Positions 1 through 9,251 of a stretch of 64,000 nucleotides of DNA are shown in pieces. Location of the stretch: IMG/VR virus record IMGVR_UViG_3300017991_004311, positions 34,937 through 98,936 of that record. One strand, written 5' to 3'. The notes under the pieces are model-generated. The model worked only from the letters and a program-made list of their open reading frames with translations. It was not told where the DNA came from and did no database searches. Origin of the DNA: a virus. The stretch's first letter is position 1. Every line of letters starts with the position of its first letter. A program made the position numbers and the translations under genes.

Positions 1-8
1 TGCGGTCG

Positions 9-389
9 TTGCGGGAGTTCGGATGGACGAACCCCGTACTTGCCGATAAAAACGGAACGGTCGTCGCGGGACACGGACGTTTGGAGGCGGCGAGGAAGTT
101 GGGGATGGATCGCGTTCCCGTTATTTCCCTTCCGTTCGGCGGGTGTTCGGCGGAGGCGTATATGTTGGCCGACAACAGGATCGCGTTCGACGGCGGTTGG
201 GACGAGGCGAAACTCCGTTTGATTTTGGAGTCGTTGTCCGAAAAGGATATTGATCTTTCGCTGACCGGATTCGAGGAGGACGAGTTGGCGGCGTTGGAAA
301 AGGCCGTGATTGAATTGGCCGAGGAAAGGGACATCGACGGCGAGATCGCAACGACGAACAAATGCCCGAAATGCGGATATGAATGGTAA
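9..389 (+). CDS. ParB/Srx N-terminal-domain protein (5' truncated)
   Basis: FGWTNPVL...VVAGHGRLEAA...LADNR motifs; C-terminal CPKCG knuckle; typical position before phage methylase/terminase. Confidence 0.85.
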   Translation: MREFGWTNPVLADKNGTVVAGHGRLEAARKLGMDRVPVISLPFGGCSAEAYMLADNRIAFDGGWDEAKLRLILESLSEKDIDLSLTGFEEDELAALEKAVIELAEERDIDGEIATTNKCPKCGYEW

Positions 390-1350
390 CGGGTTGTCCT
401 TCGTGTCCTTGTTCGCTGGATGCGGGGGTTCGTCGTTGGGTTATTTGCGGGCGGGATTCAACGAGCTTTTGGCAATCGACTTGGATATTGACGCGATGGC
501 CACGTTCGTGATCAATTTTCCCGATATTCCCGTTTGGAGAAAGGACATAAGGGATGTCGGCGGGGACGAGATCCTCCGGTTCTGCGGATTGCCGAAGGGC
601 GGGCTTGGCCTTCTCGACGGGAGTCCGCCGTGTCAGGGGTTCTCCATTTCCGGGAAACGTATTGTTTCCGATTCGAGGAACGACCTTTTCGGGCATAATA
701 TCCGGTTGATCCGCGAGATCGAGCCGAAGGCGTTCGTTATCGAGAACGTTCCCGGGATGGCCGTTGGAAGGATGCGCGGGATTTTCAACGGATACATGCG
801 GGCTTTGCGGGCTTTGCCGTATTGCGTCAGGTGCAGGCTCATGAACGCGGCACGGCATGGCGTCCCTCAGGCGAGGCGGCGTCTTGTGTGGCTCGGCGTC
901 AGGAACGATCTTTCCGTGATTCCGGAATTCCCGATCGGCGATCACCGTTCCGTGACGGTCAGGGAGGCTTTGCGCGGATGCCCCCGTGGTCCGGTGCCGA
1001 AATTTGACGACAGATATGCGAAGTTGTGGTGGAGGGTGGAACCGGGTCGGAGTGCGGTGGATGTTATCGGGAAAGGATACAACAGTTGTTATAAAATACA
1101 TCCGGACAGGCCCGCTCCCGTTCTTCCGGCGTTGCAGACGGGGAGAGGGTTCGCCACGGTATGCCATTGGGCGGAGCCGCGGGCGCTTTCCATAGCGGAA
1201 GCGAAGCGGTTGCAGAGTTTTCCGGACGGATTCACGATATCGGGCGGATACCAGTCGCAATGGAGGCAATTGGGGAATTCCGTGCCGCCGAAGCTGATGG
1301 AGGCGGTGGCGGTTGCGATGGGGAACGTGTTGGGGGGCGCGGATGGATAG
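379..1350 (+). CDS. dcm: DNA (cytosine-5) methyltransferase
   Basis: Motif I FAGCGG, catalytic GSPPCQGFS, ENV, QARRR, C-terminal RLQSFPD/QLGNSVPP; start moved to ATG 379. Confidence 0.95.
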   Translation: MNGNGLSFVSLFAGCGGSSLGYLRAGFNELLAIDLDIDAMATFVINFPDIPVWRKDIRDVGGDEILRFCGLPKGGLGLLDGSPPCQGFSISGKRIVSDSRNDLFGHNIRLIREIEPKAFVIENVPGMAVGRMRGIFNGYMRALRALPYCVRCRLMNAARHGVPQARRRLVWLGVRNDLSVIPEFPIGDHRSVTVREALRGCPRGPVPKFDDRYAKLWWRVEPGRSAVDVIGKGYNSCYKIHPDRPAPVLPALQTGRGFATVCHWAEPRALSIAEAKRLQSFPDGFTISGGYQSQWRQLGNSVPPKLMEAVAVAMGNVLGGADG

Positions 1351-1762
1351 GATCGGTCCTGCGACGAGAAGCAGGCTGATGTCGCGGATACGGTCGGTCG
1401 ACACGAGTTCCGAACGCGCGCTCCGCCGCGAGTTGAGGGCGCGCGGATTCGGTTACAGGAAGAACGTCCGCGGATTGCTCGGGCGTCCCGATATCGCGTT
1501 CCCGGGCGAACGGATCGCGGTTTTCGTCGACGGATGCTTCTGGCACGGATGCCCGCGATGCTATCGGGAACTCGCGTCGAACACGGCGTTCTGGAGGCGG
1601 AAGGTCTCCGCGAACAGGGAGCGCGACGGGAGGCAGAATCACGAACTCGCGGCGATGGGGTGGACGGTGCTCAAATACTGGGAGCACGAATCGCTCGTAT
1701 TCGTCGCCGACGAGATCGAGGACGTGGTTATAACACGAAGGAGGCGAGCGCAGCATGGGTAG
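1343..1762 (+). CDS. vsr: very short patch repair endonuclease
   Basis: RSRLMSRIRS, GRPDI, FVDGCFWHGC, FWRRK..NRERD, GWTVL.YWEH; directly after the C5 MTase. Confidence 0.95.
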   Translation: MDRIGPATRSRLMSRIRSVDTSSERALRRELRARGFGYRKNVRGLLGRPDIAFPGERIAVFVDGCFWHGCPRCYRELASNTAFWRRKVSANRERDGRQNHELAAMGWTVLKYWEHESLVFVADEIEDVVITRRRRAQHG

Positions 1763-2267
1763 GATCTCGAAGTACGACCCGGACACGTTCCCCGCTAGGG
1801 CGAAGGCATTGGCCCTGAAGGGGTTGTCGGACAAGCAGATCGCGCACAGGCTGGGGATCAACCCCAGGACTCTCAGGCGCTACAGGGACAGGTATCAGGA
1901 ATTCAAGGAGGCGTTGAAGGAGGGGAAGATGCCGGTGGACCGCGAGGTCGAGAACGCGCTCCTGAAGCGAGCGCTCGGATACGAGACCGAGGAGACGCGC
2001 ACCACGGTCCGGGAGGGGGGCAATTACGGCATGATGAGACAGGTGGAGCGCATCAAACGCTTCGTGCCCCCGGACGTGAACGCCCAGATGTTCTGGCTCA
2101 AGAACCGTCAGCCGGAGAGGTGGCGGGACAAGCAGGAGATCAAGCACAGCGGCACGCTGGCCGATTTCCTGTCGCGCACCGGCTCCCTTTCTGATACGGA
2201 ACAAAAGGTGGTCGACGAGTATTACGAGCGTTATGACACCCTGGGCATGAGGGTTTCCCGGAATTGA
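1755..2267 (+). CDS. terminase small subunit
   Basis: N-terminal HTH, VENALLKRALGY and PDVNAQMFWLKNRQPERWRDK signatures. Confidence 0.85.
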   Translation: MGRISKYDPDTFPARAKALALKGLSDKQIAHRLGINPRTLRRYRDRYQEFKEALKEGKMPVDREVENALLKRALGYETEETRTTVREGGNYGMMRQVERIKRFVPPDVNAQMFWLKNRQPERWRDKQEIKHSGTLADFLSRTGSLSDTEQKVVDEYYERYDTLGMRVSRN

Positions 2268-2337
2268 GGAGGGGGGCGGCGTAGAGGCGACAAGGAAGAT
2301 CCAGTTCTGGGACAGGCGCTACAAGAAGCTGCGCACC

Positions 2338-2679
2338 GTGGTTGTCATGAACACGTCCGATATCGCCTTTCTCGGCAACGACGGCGTGATCTCGACGGTC
2401 GAGGAGCAGATGGACGACAGCGGGTTCGACCCCGCCTCGATTCGTCTGCTCTTTTCCGTTAAGGACAACCTGAAGGGGGGGTTGGACGCGCTCATCGCCT
2501 ACCTGTACTATTGGGAGGGGAAGACCCAGTCGGAGATAGCCAGGATCATCGGCGTCTCCGCCTCCTTCGTGTTCAACCGCCTGCAGGACTTCCGTGAAGC
2601 CGTGCGCGGTTCCCGGGAGTGCCGTGAACTCTGGGAAGAGATGGTCGGGGGCAACGGCGACGGGGAGGTCACCGGATAG
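2338..2679 (+). CDS. sigma70 region-4-like HTH protein
   Basis: LYYWEGKTQSEIARIIGVSASFV; start uncertain (frame is open further upstream, a GTA at 2281 follows a G-rich RBS-like run). Confidence 0.6.
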   Translation: MVVMNTSDIAFLGNDGVISTVEEQMDDSGFDPASIRLLFSVKDNLKGGLDALIAYLYYWEGKTQSEIARIIGVSASFVFNRLQDFREAVRGSRECRELWEEMVGGNGDGEVTG

Positions 2680-2680
2680 C

Positions 2681-3499
2681 ATGGAGATACTCACGAGGTC
2701 ACCGCAGCCGATTCACCGCCCGTGCTGGGAGCTGAGCGACCGGAACACCCCGGCGGTGCGTTGGGTGGACGAGCATATCGGCATCCCGTTGTGGAGCAAA
2801 CAGATCGAGGTATTGAACGCGGTTTTCACGCAGGGGTCCGTCACGGTGAGGAGCGGGCACGGGATCGGGAAGACGCTCATCGCGGCCGTGATCACGCTCT
2901 GTTTCATCGACACGCTCAGGCCGAGCAAGGTCATCACCACCGCCCCAACCTGGCGCCAGGTGGCCCATATCCTCTGGGCGGAGATCAACACGCTCTATCG
3001 CAAGTCGAAGATCCCGCAGCTCATCGGGGGGCGGATGCTGAACATGAGCTACTGGCTCAGCGACGAGCATTTCGCGGTCGGGTTCCACCCCCGCGAGAAC
3101 CGCCTGGAGGAGTTCCAGGGTTACCACAGCCCGAACATCCTCATCATCATGGACGAATCCCCCGGCATCTCCCAAGTGCTCTACGACGCGGCGATGGGGC
3201 TCATGACCACGAACGCCTACATCCTCCAGATCGGCAACCCGACCGAGCCGGCGGGGCACTTCTGGGGATCGTTCCAGGACGATGCGTACCACAAGGTGCA
3301 CGTGTCCTGCTTCGACAGCCCGAACGTGACCGGGGAGGCGCACATCCCCGGGCTGGTCACGAGGGAGTGGATCGAGGCGAGGAGGAATGACTGGGGGGAG
3401 GACGACCCCCGCTACAGGAACAAGGTCCTGGGCGAGTTCTCCGACACCACGGAGGACCGCGGCATCCCGATGGATTGGATCAGGGCGGCGTTCGCATGA
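2681..3499 (+). CDS. terminase large subunit, ATPase half
   Basis: Walker A VRSGHGIGKT, TAPTWRQV, Walker B IIMDE, IGNPT coupling motif, RNKVLGEF. Confidence 0.9.
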   Translation: MEILTRSPQPIHRPCWELSDRNTPAVRWVDEHIGIPLWSKQIEVLNAVFTQGSVTVRSGHGIGKTLIAAVITLCFIDTLRPSKVITTAPTWRQVAHILWAEINTLYRKSKIPQLIGGRMLNMSYWLSDEHFAVGFHPRENRLEEFQGYHSPNILIIMDESPGISQVLYDAAMGLMTTNAYILQIGNPTEPAGHFWGSFQDDAYHKVHVSCFDSPNVTGEAHIPGLVTREWIEARRNDWGEDDPRYRNKVLGEFSDTTEDRGIPMDWIRAAFA

Positions 3500-4236
3500 G
3501 GGTGCTCGGGGGGGATTACGCGAGGATGGGACCGGACCAGACGGTGTTCTGCCTCGCCGACAACGAGGGATGGTCGGAGCATGTCGTGCACGGGTTCTGG
3601 GAGTTCTCCGGGTTGAAGAACCCGCAGCGCGTGCAGAGGACGAGGGACCTTTATGTGTCAGAGCATCCGATGTTCGTGTCGGTGGACGCGGTGGGGATCG
3701 GCTCGGGCACGGCGGACGATCTGGAGGCGATCGGGGTCCCGGTGTTCCGGGTGATGGGGGGAGCGGCGGCGTTCAACCCGGACTACTACGATCTGCGTTC
3801 GGAACTGTTCTGGATCATGCGGAGGAAGTTCGAGCGCCATATCATGCACATCGTCGCCCAGGGGGTCACGAAGGCGCAGAGGGAGAGGATCATCCGGGAG
3901 GTCAGCAGCCTCCGTTATTATACCACGTCGAAGGGGAAGATCAGGTTTGAGTCGAAGGAGGAGTACATCAAGCGGGTCGGGAAGTCCCCCGATTATGCCG
4001 ACACCCTCTCCTACACCATGGTGACCATGGAGATGTGGGAAGGGGCGATGGGCGACCAGGGCGACATCGAGGTGCTCGCCGGCGATCCCGGCCCGTATCC
4101 GAGGAGCACGTGGGGCGGAGGGGGGATCGGGAATCGGGACAACATCCCCGACGACCCGGATAGGGGAGCGTTCGGCGAGGTGTCGATCGTGCGATTCGGA
4201 GTCAGGGACGACTACGACGATGAGGATGACGGGTAG
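3496..4236 (+). CDS. terminase large subunit, RNase H-like nuclease half
   Basis: Starts RVLGGDYARMGPDQTV, VDAVGIGSGTADDL, ESKEE.IKR.GKSPDYAD; ATGA overlap with the ATPase half. Confidence 0.88.
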   Translation: MRVLGGDYARMGPDQTVFCLADNEGWSEHVVHGFWEFSGLKNPQRVQRTRDLYVSEHPMFVSVDAVGIGSGTADDLEAIGVPVFRVMGGAAAFNPDYYDLRSELFWIMRRKFERHIMHIVAQGVTKAQRERIIREVSSLRYYTTSKGKIRFESKEEYIKRVGKSPDYADTLSYTMVTMEMWEGAMGDQGDIEVLAGDPGPYPRSTWGGGGIGNRDNIPDDPDRGAFGEVSIVRFGVRDDYDDEDDG

Positions 4237-4269
4237 GAAGAGGGGTTTGGTGTTAATATAAAATGAGAA

Positions 4270-4445
4270 GCCTCCGTTGTGGTGGAATAGGTAGACACTA
4301 GTGAAAGGCATAAGCGAGTCTAGTGGTGTAAATTTGGGAACACGTCTCCGAAACTATAAACGATTTGCCATCGTAGGAAGTAGGAGGGATACCAGGTTAG
4401 AGTCCTGGCGGGACATCCAAAGTGCAAATCCTTGGCAGCGGGGGC
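4270..4445 (+). ncRNA. nested double tRNA-like RNA (no usable anticodon)
   Basis: Outer stem GCCTCCGTTG/CAGCGGGGGC with Leu-type D arm and T-like arm encloses an inner D arm (GTGT/ACAC), TCTCC/GGAGG stem and CCAGG-TTAGAGT-CCTGG T arm; intergenic. Confidence 0.6.
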
Positions 4446-4464
4446 ATACAAGAGGAGGAATGGC

Positions 4465-4866
4465 ATGAAGCTCGACACTGAGGCGTTGGTGAAAGCGTTG
4501 GGGACTCTGGAGGGCATGCAGAAGAAAGTGAATGCCCAGAAAGCGGCTATTTTGGCGATGCTCCCGGTCCGCACGGGTGACGCGGTATTCTATGACGGGA
4601 ACCCCGGCAAGGTGATTGATAGGAGCGTCATGGGACCGCCGTTCTGGATGAAGGTGTCCGTCATGGTGATTATCGGCGAGAAGGGCAGGGATTTTGATTA
4701 CGCCGATGTTGACCAGAAGACGCTGCGGTTCCCGTTCGATGATAAGGCGGTAGGGAATTATTCGCCCCGTGACCACAAGGCCGATTGGGACAAGTTGACG
4801 TTCTTCCCCCGGAGGGAGGAGGCGGTTGAGGACCCACTTCAACGCCCGGATATGGAGGGATGCTGA
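4465..4866 (+). CDS. hypothetical protein
   Basis: AGAGGAGG RBS, ATG 4465, fits operon packing. Confidence 0.65.
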   Translation: MKLDTEALVKALGTLEGMQKKVNAQKAAILAMLPVRTGDAVFYDGNPGKVIDRSVMGPPFWMKVSVMVIIGEKGRDFDYADVDQKTLRFPFDDKAVGNYSPRDHKADWDKLTFFPRREEAVEDPLQRPDMEGC

Positions 4867-4867
4867 C

Positions 4868-5221
4868 TTGGACGCTGTAACAGTGGGTTCGGCGACGATA
4901 TTCATGGGCGCGTGGCTCGGATTCTGGGGTCTCGTCATCAGCAGGAGCTACAAGGGGCAGTTCGATATCCTCATCCCTGTGGTGGTGTTCCTGGTCCTGG
5001 CGGGTATAGTCTGCACCGTGGGCCGGTGGATCGTCCCGGTGGCGTTTCTCAATCTGGTCGTGGGCATCATCCTCGGCACGCTGTTCATCCCCACGTGGAA
5101 GGACAACAAGGAGAGGAACGACAAGCCGGGCCAGCTGATGGCGGTGCTCATGATGGGGGTGCCGGGCGCGGTCGGACTGGGAAGCGCGGTGCCGGCGCTG
5201 ATGACGATATTGGGAGGGTGA
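4868..5221 (+). CDS. hypothetical membrane protein (about 4 TM)
   Basis: GGAGGG RBS before TTG 4868; hydrophobic segments. Confidence 0.6.
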   Translation: MDAVTVGSATIFMGAWLGFWGLVISRSYKGQFDILIPVVVFLVLAGIVCTVGRWIVPVAFLNLVVGIILGTLFIPTWKDNKERNDKPGQLMAVLMMGVPGAVGLGSAVPALMTILGG

Positions 5222-5224
5222 ACG

Positions 5225-5458
5225 ATGAGAACACGCAAAGAAATCGTTGACGGAGTGAGGAGCGTGAGGGTGGGCACGGAGGACGACTTCGCGCCGGATG
5301 CTCCGCAACAGCCACCCCCGTGGGTTATGCCCCAGGCGCGCGATCCGATGCTGCGGACGCAGGCCGCGATCGACTACGCGCTGCTGGAGGTCATGCTCGA
5401 CTGCAGGGGCCTGCTCCAGAGGATATTGAACAGGCTTCCGAAAAAAGAGGTGAAGTGA
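5225..5458 (+). CDS. hypothetical protein
   Basis: GGAGGG RBS, tight packing before the portal. Confidence 0.6.
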   Translation: MRTRKEIVDGVRSVRVGTEDDFAPDAPQQPPPWVMPQARDPMLRTQAAIDYALLEVMLDCRGLLQRILNRLPKKEVK

Positions 5459-5459
5459 C

Positions 5460-6896
5460 TTGACGAGACAGACCCCGGCCGTGGTCACGGTCGGTGACAT
5501 ACTGGAGGGCAGGCTCCCGTTCAGGCGCGGGAAGTACGGCACGATCCTGACGATCGACCAGGGAAGCTGGGAATATGCGAAGGGGAAGCGGTGGAAGAAG
5601 CCGGAGAAGCGCCTGGACCGCTACGAGATGGGGTACGAGTATTACTTGGAGCACCAGTTCGCCCGTCCGGTCACCAACCTGACCGCGAGCGCGGTCTTCG
5701 GCAAGGGCGTCCACTTGGTCGGGGAGAACGACCACGTGGACTTCGCCCGGCCCATCATCGACCAGTTGGACCATTTCATGGTGGGCATCGAGAGCAGTAT
5801 CTACGGGGACAATTTCATCCGCATCTTCGACGCTCCCCCGGACAGCGGCCGTCCGGTCGACGTCGCGCTCATCCCCCCGGTGACGATCGCGGACAAGATC
5901 ACCGCGGATGGGAACGCGATGGAGCCGACGGCGTACGTCCAGAAGTTCAGCAACGAGCAGAAGGGCGAGTCGATCCCGGCCTCCGACATGGTGCACGCGA
6001 TGGTCAACGCGGTCTCGAACTCGCTGTTCGGCAACAGCGACCATTTGCACTTGTTCTACTGGTACGACCTCTACGATTCGATGACGGAGGAGGCGGACAA
6101 GCGCCGGCTTTTCGCCTCCCAACCCATCGGGAAATTCACGGGCGTGAACATGCGCTACCGGACGCAGCTGAAGACGCGGATCAACAAGGTCGCGCGCGAC
6201 AAGGACCAGAAGACGGGCCTGCGCCGGAGCCTGCCGCCCGGGACGCAGCTCATCCTCCCCCCGGGGGCCGACTACGTGTTCGCGGAGCCGAGGGGGGCCT
6301 TCGACCTGGAATCGATGCTGAACCGGATCGCGCTCATCATCGCCATGGCGGCGGAGGTGCCGATCCACTGGCTGAACCTGGGGAAGGACGTGAACCGCGC
6401 CACCAGCACTAACATGACGTTCCCGTTCATCAAGAAGATCCAGCGCCGTCAGGAGATATTCTCGCGCAAGTACGAGGAACTGCTGCGCAAGTCGTTCGCC
6501 CGGCTGAAGGCGCAGCGCGAGAAGGGGGAGAAGTTCCGGAGGCTGCCGAGCGCGAGGATCCTCGCGGCGGACGAACTGGACGTGCGCGTGGAGTTCCCGC
6601 CCATTTTCGACTACGAGCTGGAGGACGTGGAGCGGGCGCTAAAGTCGGTCACGCTCCTGTACCAGCAGGGACTGGTGAGCCACAAGACGGCGGTGGACAC
6701 GGTGTGCAAATACCTCGGGCTCGACGTGGAGGAGGAGGAGCGATTGTTGGATGAGGAGCGGGAGAAGGCGGAGACCGCGGAACAGGAGTACAGTCCGGTC
6801 GACCGTCTGGTCCAGGAGATCGGGAGCATGGTGAGCGACGGCGACATCGACCGGGACACGGCGAACCGGATGATCGAGAAGTTGACGAAGGCGTGA
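5460..6896 (+). CDS. portal protein
   Basis: 478 aa, between terminase and MuF; SIYGDNFI, AAEVPIHWL..G.DVNRATS, VEFPPI portal-like segments. Confidence 0.85.
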   Translation: MTRQTPAVVTVGDILEGRLPFRRGKYGTILTIDQGSWEYAKGKRWKKPEKRLDRYEMGYEYYLEHQFARPVTNLTASAVFGKGVHLVGENDHVDFARPIIDQLDHFMVGIESSIYGDNFIRIFDAPPDSGRPVDVALIPPVTIADKITADGNAMEPTAYVQKFSNEQKGESIPASDMVHAMVNAVSNSLFGNSDHLHLFYWYDLYDSMTEEADKRRLFASQPIGKFTGVNMRYRTQLKTRINKVARDKDQKTGLRRSLPPGTQLILPPGADYVFAEPRGAFDLESMLNRIALIIAMAAEVPIHWLNLGKDVNRATSTNMTFPFIKKIQRRQEIFSRKYEELLRKSFARLKAQREKGEKFRRLPSARILAADELDVRVEFPPIFDYELEDVERALKSVTLLYQQGLVSHKTAVDTVCKYLGLDVEEEERLLDEEREKAETAEQEYSPVDRLVQEIGSMVSDGDIDRDTANRMIEKLTKA

Positions 6897-6903
6897 GGGC
6901 TAA

Positions 6904-8415
6904 ATGGCCGACATCACCGGCGCGATAGCGCGTGCCACCGACAAGGCGGTCAACGAGTACGGTCGCTATACGGAGCAGCAGATCGGGAAGCTCACCCGCC
7001 ATTACCGCGAGGCGCAGAAGCAGGTGCTCGCGAGGGTGCGCGAGTTCAAGGGGGACCTGGGGGGAGCGGAGCGCGTCGCCTCCGTGCAGCATTTCGAGGC
7101 CATCGAGCGGGAGATCGCAATGGAGATGGGCGTGCTCCAGCGGCGCACGCAGGCGCAGCTCAGGGAGATGATGGGCGGCGCGGGCGAGCACGGAGTCAGG
7201 GCGGGTGAGCAGCAGCTCTCCGCGCTCCTGGCGAATATCAAGACCGATCTCTCGCCCTCCTATTCCCTCATCAACCGGGACGCCATCGAGGTCTACACCA
7301 ACTACGCGCTCCAACTCACCGACGCCGACACGATCCAGGCGCTCCGCCAGATCCAGGGGAGGCTCCGCCTGGGGCTGATCCAGGGCGACACCATCGGGAA
7401 ACTCACCACGGACATCCGCCAGATGATCGGAGCGGAGTTCCGCAAGCCCAACAGGGCGCTCACCTACAAGGCCGAGAGGATCGCGCGGACCGAGATGGCG
7501 CGGGCGTACCAGACGGGGCACCATGCGTACGGGAAGAGCGTGGATTGGATCATCGGGGAGAGATACCTGACCAACCCGATCGGTCCCTGGCCATGCCCCG
7601 AGTGCGCCGAGCTGGACGGGCACGAGTACTATTTCTCGCGCGGGGAGGCGGCCCCGATTCCGAAGCATCCCCAATGCCGCTGCTACTCCACCCATATTTT
7701 CCGCCAGGACATCTTTACCAAGGAGGAGTTGGAGCAGATTCGCCAGCAGGCCGGGGTCTTCGCCCCGGTGCGCGGAGCGGTCGCGCCTCCGAGAAGAGGG
7801 CATTTGCCGATTCATGGAAGGGAGGAAGGGGTTGCTAGGATAATGGCCGACGCAAAGGCGGCTGGCGTTAATTTGACGCAGAAAGGGGCGGAGAACATGT
7901 TCGATGCGATATATTCGTACACGAGCATGGCTTATGAACCGATTCGACATTATCAGCAATTCGGTTTTCAGGCAGTAGTCGATCATTGGTCGAAAGGAAT
8001 TGCCACTACTGCCAGAAAGTATGCTAATGCGATTGAAAAATATCTTCGATTTGCCCCTAAGTTCAACGGGAAAATCATGCGTGCCGTACCTAGTAAGGCG
8101 CTTTACGGAGAATTTTCGAAAGCTTCTGCCGTTGGCAAGACCGTGGACATGAGGGGTTTGGCATCGTGGACGAGCGAGGCTGACCAGTTGTGGGGATTTT
8201 CTGACGCGGCCACGAGGACGAACGTATTTTTTGAGCTTACCCAAACGGGAAGGGGCAGTTCTGTCATGCACATGTCGCATATTTCCGATGAGATGGAGGT
8301 ATTAGTTTCGTCTAAAGCGAAATATAGGATCGTGAAGACCGCGTCAAGGGTCGTGAAAAATCAGAATACCGGCAAAAACATCGAAGCACTTTTTGTCACC
8401 GTAGAGGAGATATAA
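6904..8415 (+). CDS. MuF/SPP1 gp7-like head protein with C-terminal ADP-ribosyltransferase domain
   Basis: AERIARTEMARAY, CPEC..LDG, PKHPQCRC MuF motifs; C-terminal YSYT..Y, IMRAV, ASWTS, DEMEVL (R-S-ExE ART); lower GC from about 7790. Confidence 0.85.
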   Translation: MADITGAIARATDKAVNEYGRYTEQQIGKLTRHYREAQKQVLARVREFKGDLGGAERVASVQHFEAIEREIAMEMGVLQRRTQAQLREMMGGAGEHGVRAGEQQLSALLANIKTDLSPSYSLINRDAIEVYTNYALQLTDADTIQALRQIQGRLRLGLIQGDTIGKLTTDIRQMIGAEFRKPNRALTYKAERIARTEMARAYQTGHHAYGKSVDWIIGERYLTNPIGPWPCPECAELDGHEYYFSRGEAAPIPKHPQCRCYSTHIFRQDIFTKEELEQIRQQAGVFAPVRGAVAPPRRGHLPIHGREEGVARIMADAKAAGVNLTQKGAENMFDAIYSYTSMAYEPIRHYQQFGFQAVVDHWSKGIATTARKYANAIEKYLRFAPKFNGKIMRAVPSKALYGEFSKASAVGKTVDMRGLASWTSEADQLWGFSDAATRTNVFFELTQTGRGSSVMHMSHISDEMEVLVSSKAKYRIVKTASRVVKNQNTGKNIEALFVTVEEI

Positions 8416-8547
8416 ATGAGGAAGAAAAGAACAAAGAAAGATATCGAGGCCAGGATCAGGAGCAATGCGATTATTGACGTGTGGGACAAGTACGGCCGCA
8501 AGGTCATCGAGGACGGGAAGGCGGTGAAGGTGCGGAGGAAGGCGTGA
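8416..8547 (+). CDS. small basic protein after MuF-ART (possible immunity)
   Basis: 43-aa ORF with GAGGAG RBS abutting the MuF stop; function inferred from position only. Confidence 0.4.
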   Translation: MRKKRTKKDIEARIRSNAIIDVWDKYGRKVIEDGKAVKVRRKA

Positions 8548-8751
8548 CCTCGCACTTGCTGCAATGCCCGCGCTGCGGCCACATATCCGTGGCGCAGGAC
8601 GGGGCCCTGATGGTCATGGCGCTCTGCCCATATTGCGCCTACGGCGAGGTCATGGAAAAGTACAGGGAGGACGGGGTCGCGGTTGAGATCGAGGTTCCGG
8701 TCATCGGCCGTCAGGACATGCTCGCGAATTTCCTGATGATGGGGGTGCTGG

Positions 8752-8967
8752 ATGGACAAGGAAGAGCTGAGGGGGAAGGTGGTCGGGAAGATGATGGAGT
8801 ACAGGGGGTTGCTGAACAAGCGCTACACGGCGGCGAACTACGTGGACATCGACCGGGCGGGCCCGGCGCTCGCGGACGAGATCATCGACCTCGTGCTCGG
8901 CTCCGGCCAACGGGAGAAGGAGATACTGGAGGGGAACCGTCCGATGGCCTACGGTGACGGGACGTGA
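8752..8967 (+). CDS. hypothetical protein
   Basis: GTGA overlap with the next ORF; overlaps the tail of a CxxC..CxxC ORF starting at 8544. Confidence 0.5.
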   Translation: MDKEELRGKVVGKMMEYRGLLNKRYTAANYVDIDRAGPALADEIIDLVLGSGQREKEILEGNRPMAYGDGT

Positions 8968-9251
8968 CCGCGATCCCCATCCCCCACGGGCAGGTCCTCG
9001 TGCATGAGCGGGACGGCGTGGCGCACGTGGAGATACGGCCGGGGTTCGGCTACCGGCTCGGGGTGCTCGGGGCCACCAAGGAAGGCGGGAGCGTGAGCCA
9101 GGCCGCGCGTGTCCAGCTCTACCCCGACATGGAGCAGCGCTGGCGGGATATGGAGGCGTGCCATGCGGAGCGCGGGGCCAGACGGTTCGGGGCGACGCAG
9201 GCGAGGCGGATGGGGAAGCGGTTGGACGAGGCGCTGGCGAGGGGGGCGTGA
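8964..9251 (+). CDS. hypothetical protein
   Basis: Coupled start and stop with neighbours. Confidence 0.55.
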   Translation: MTAIPIPHGQVLVHERDGVAHVEIRPGFGYRLGVLGATKEGGSVSQAARVQLYPDMEQRWRDMEACHAERGARRFGATQARRMGKRLDEALARGA

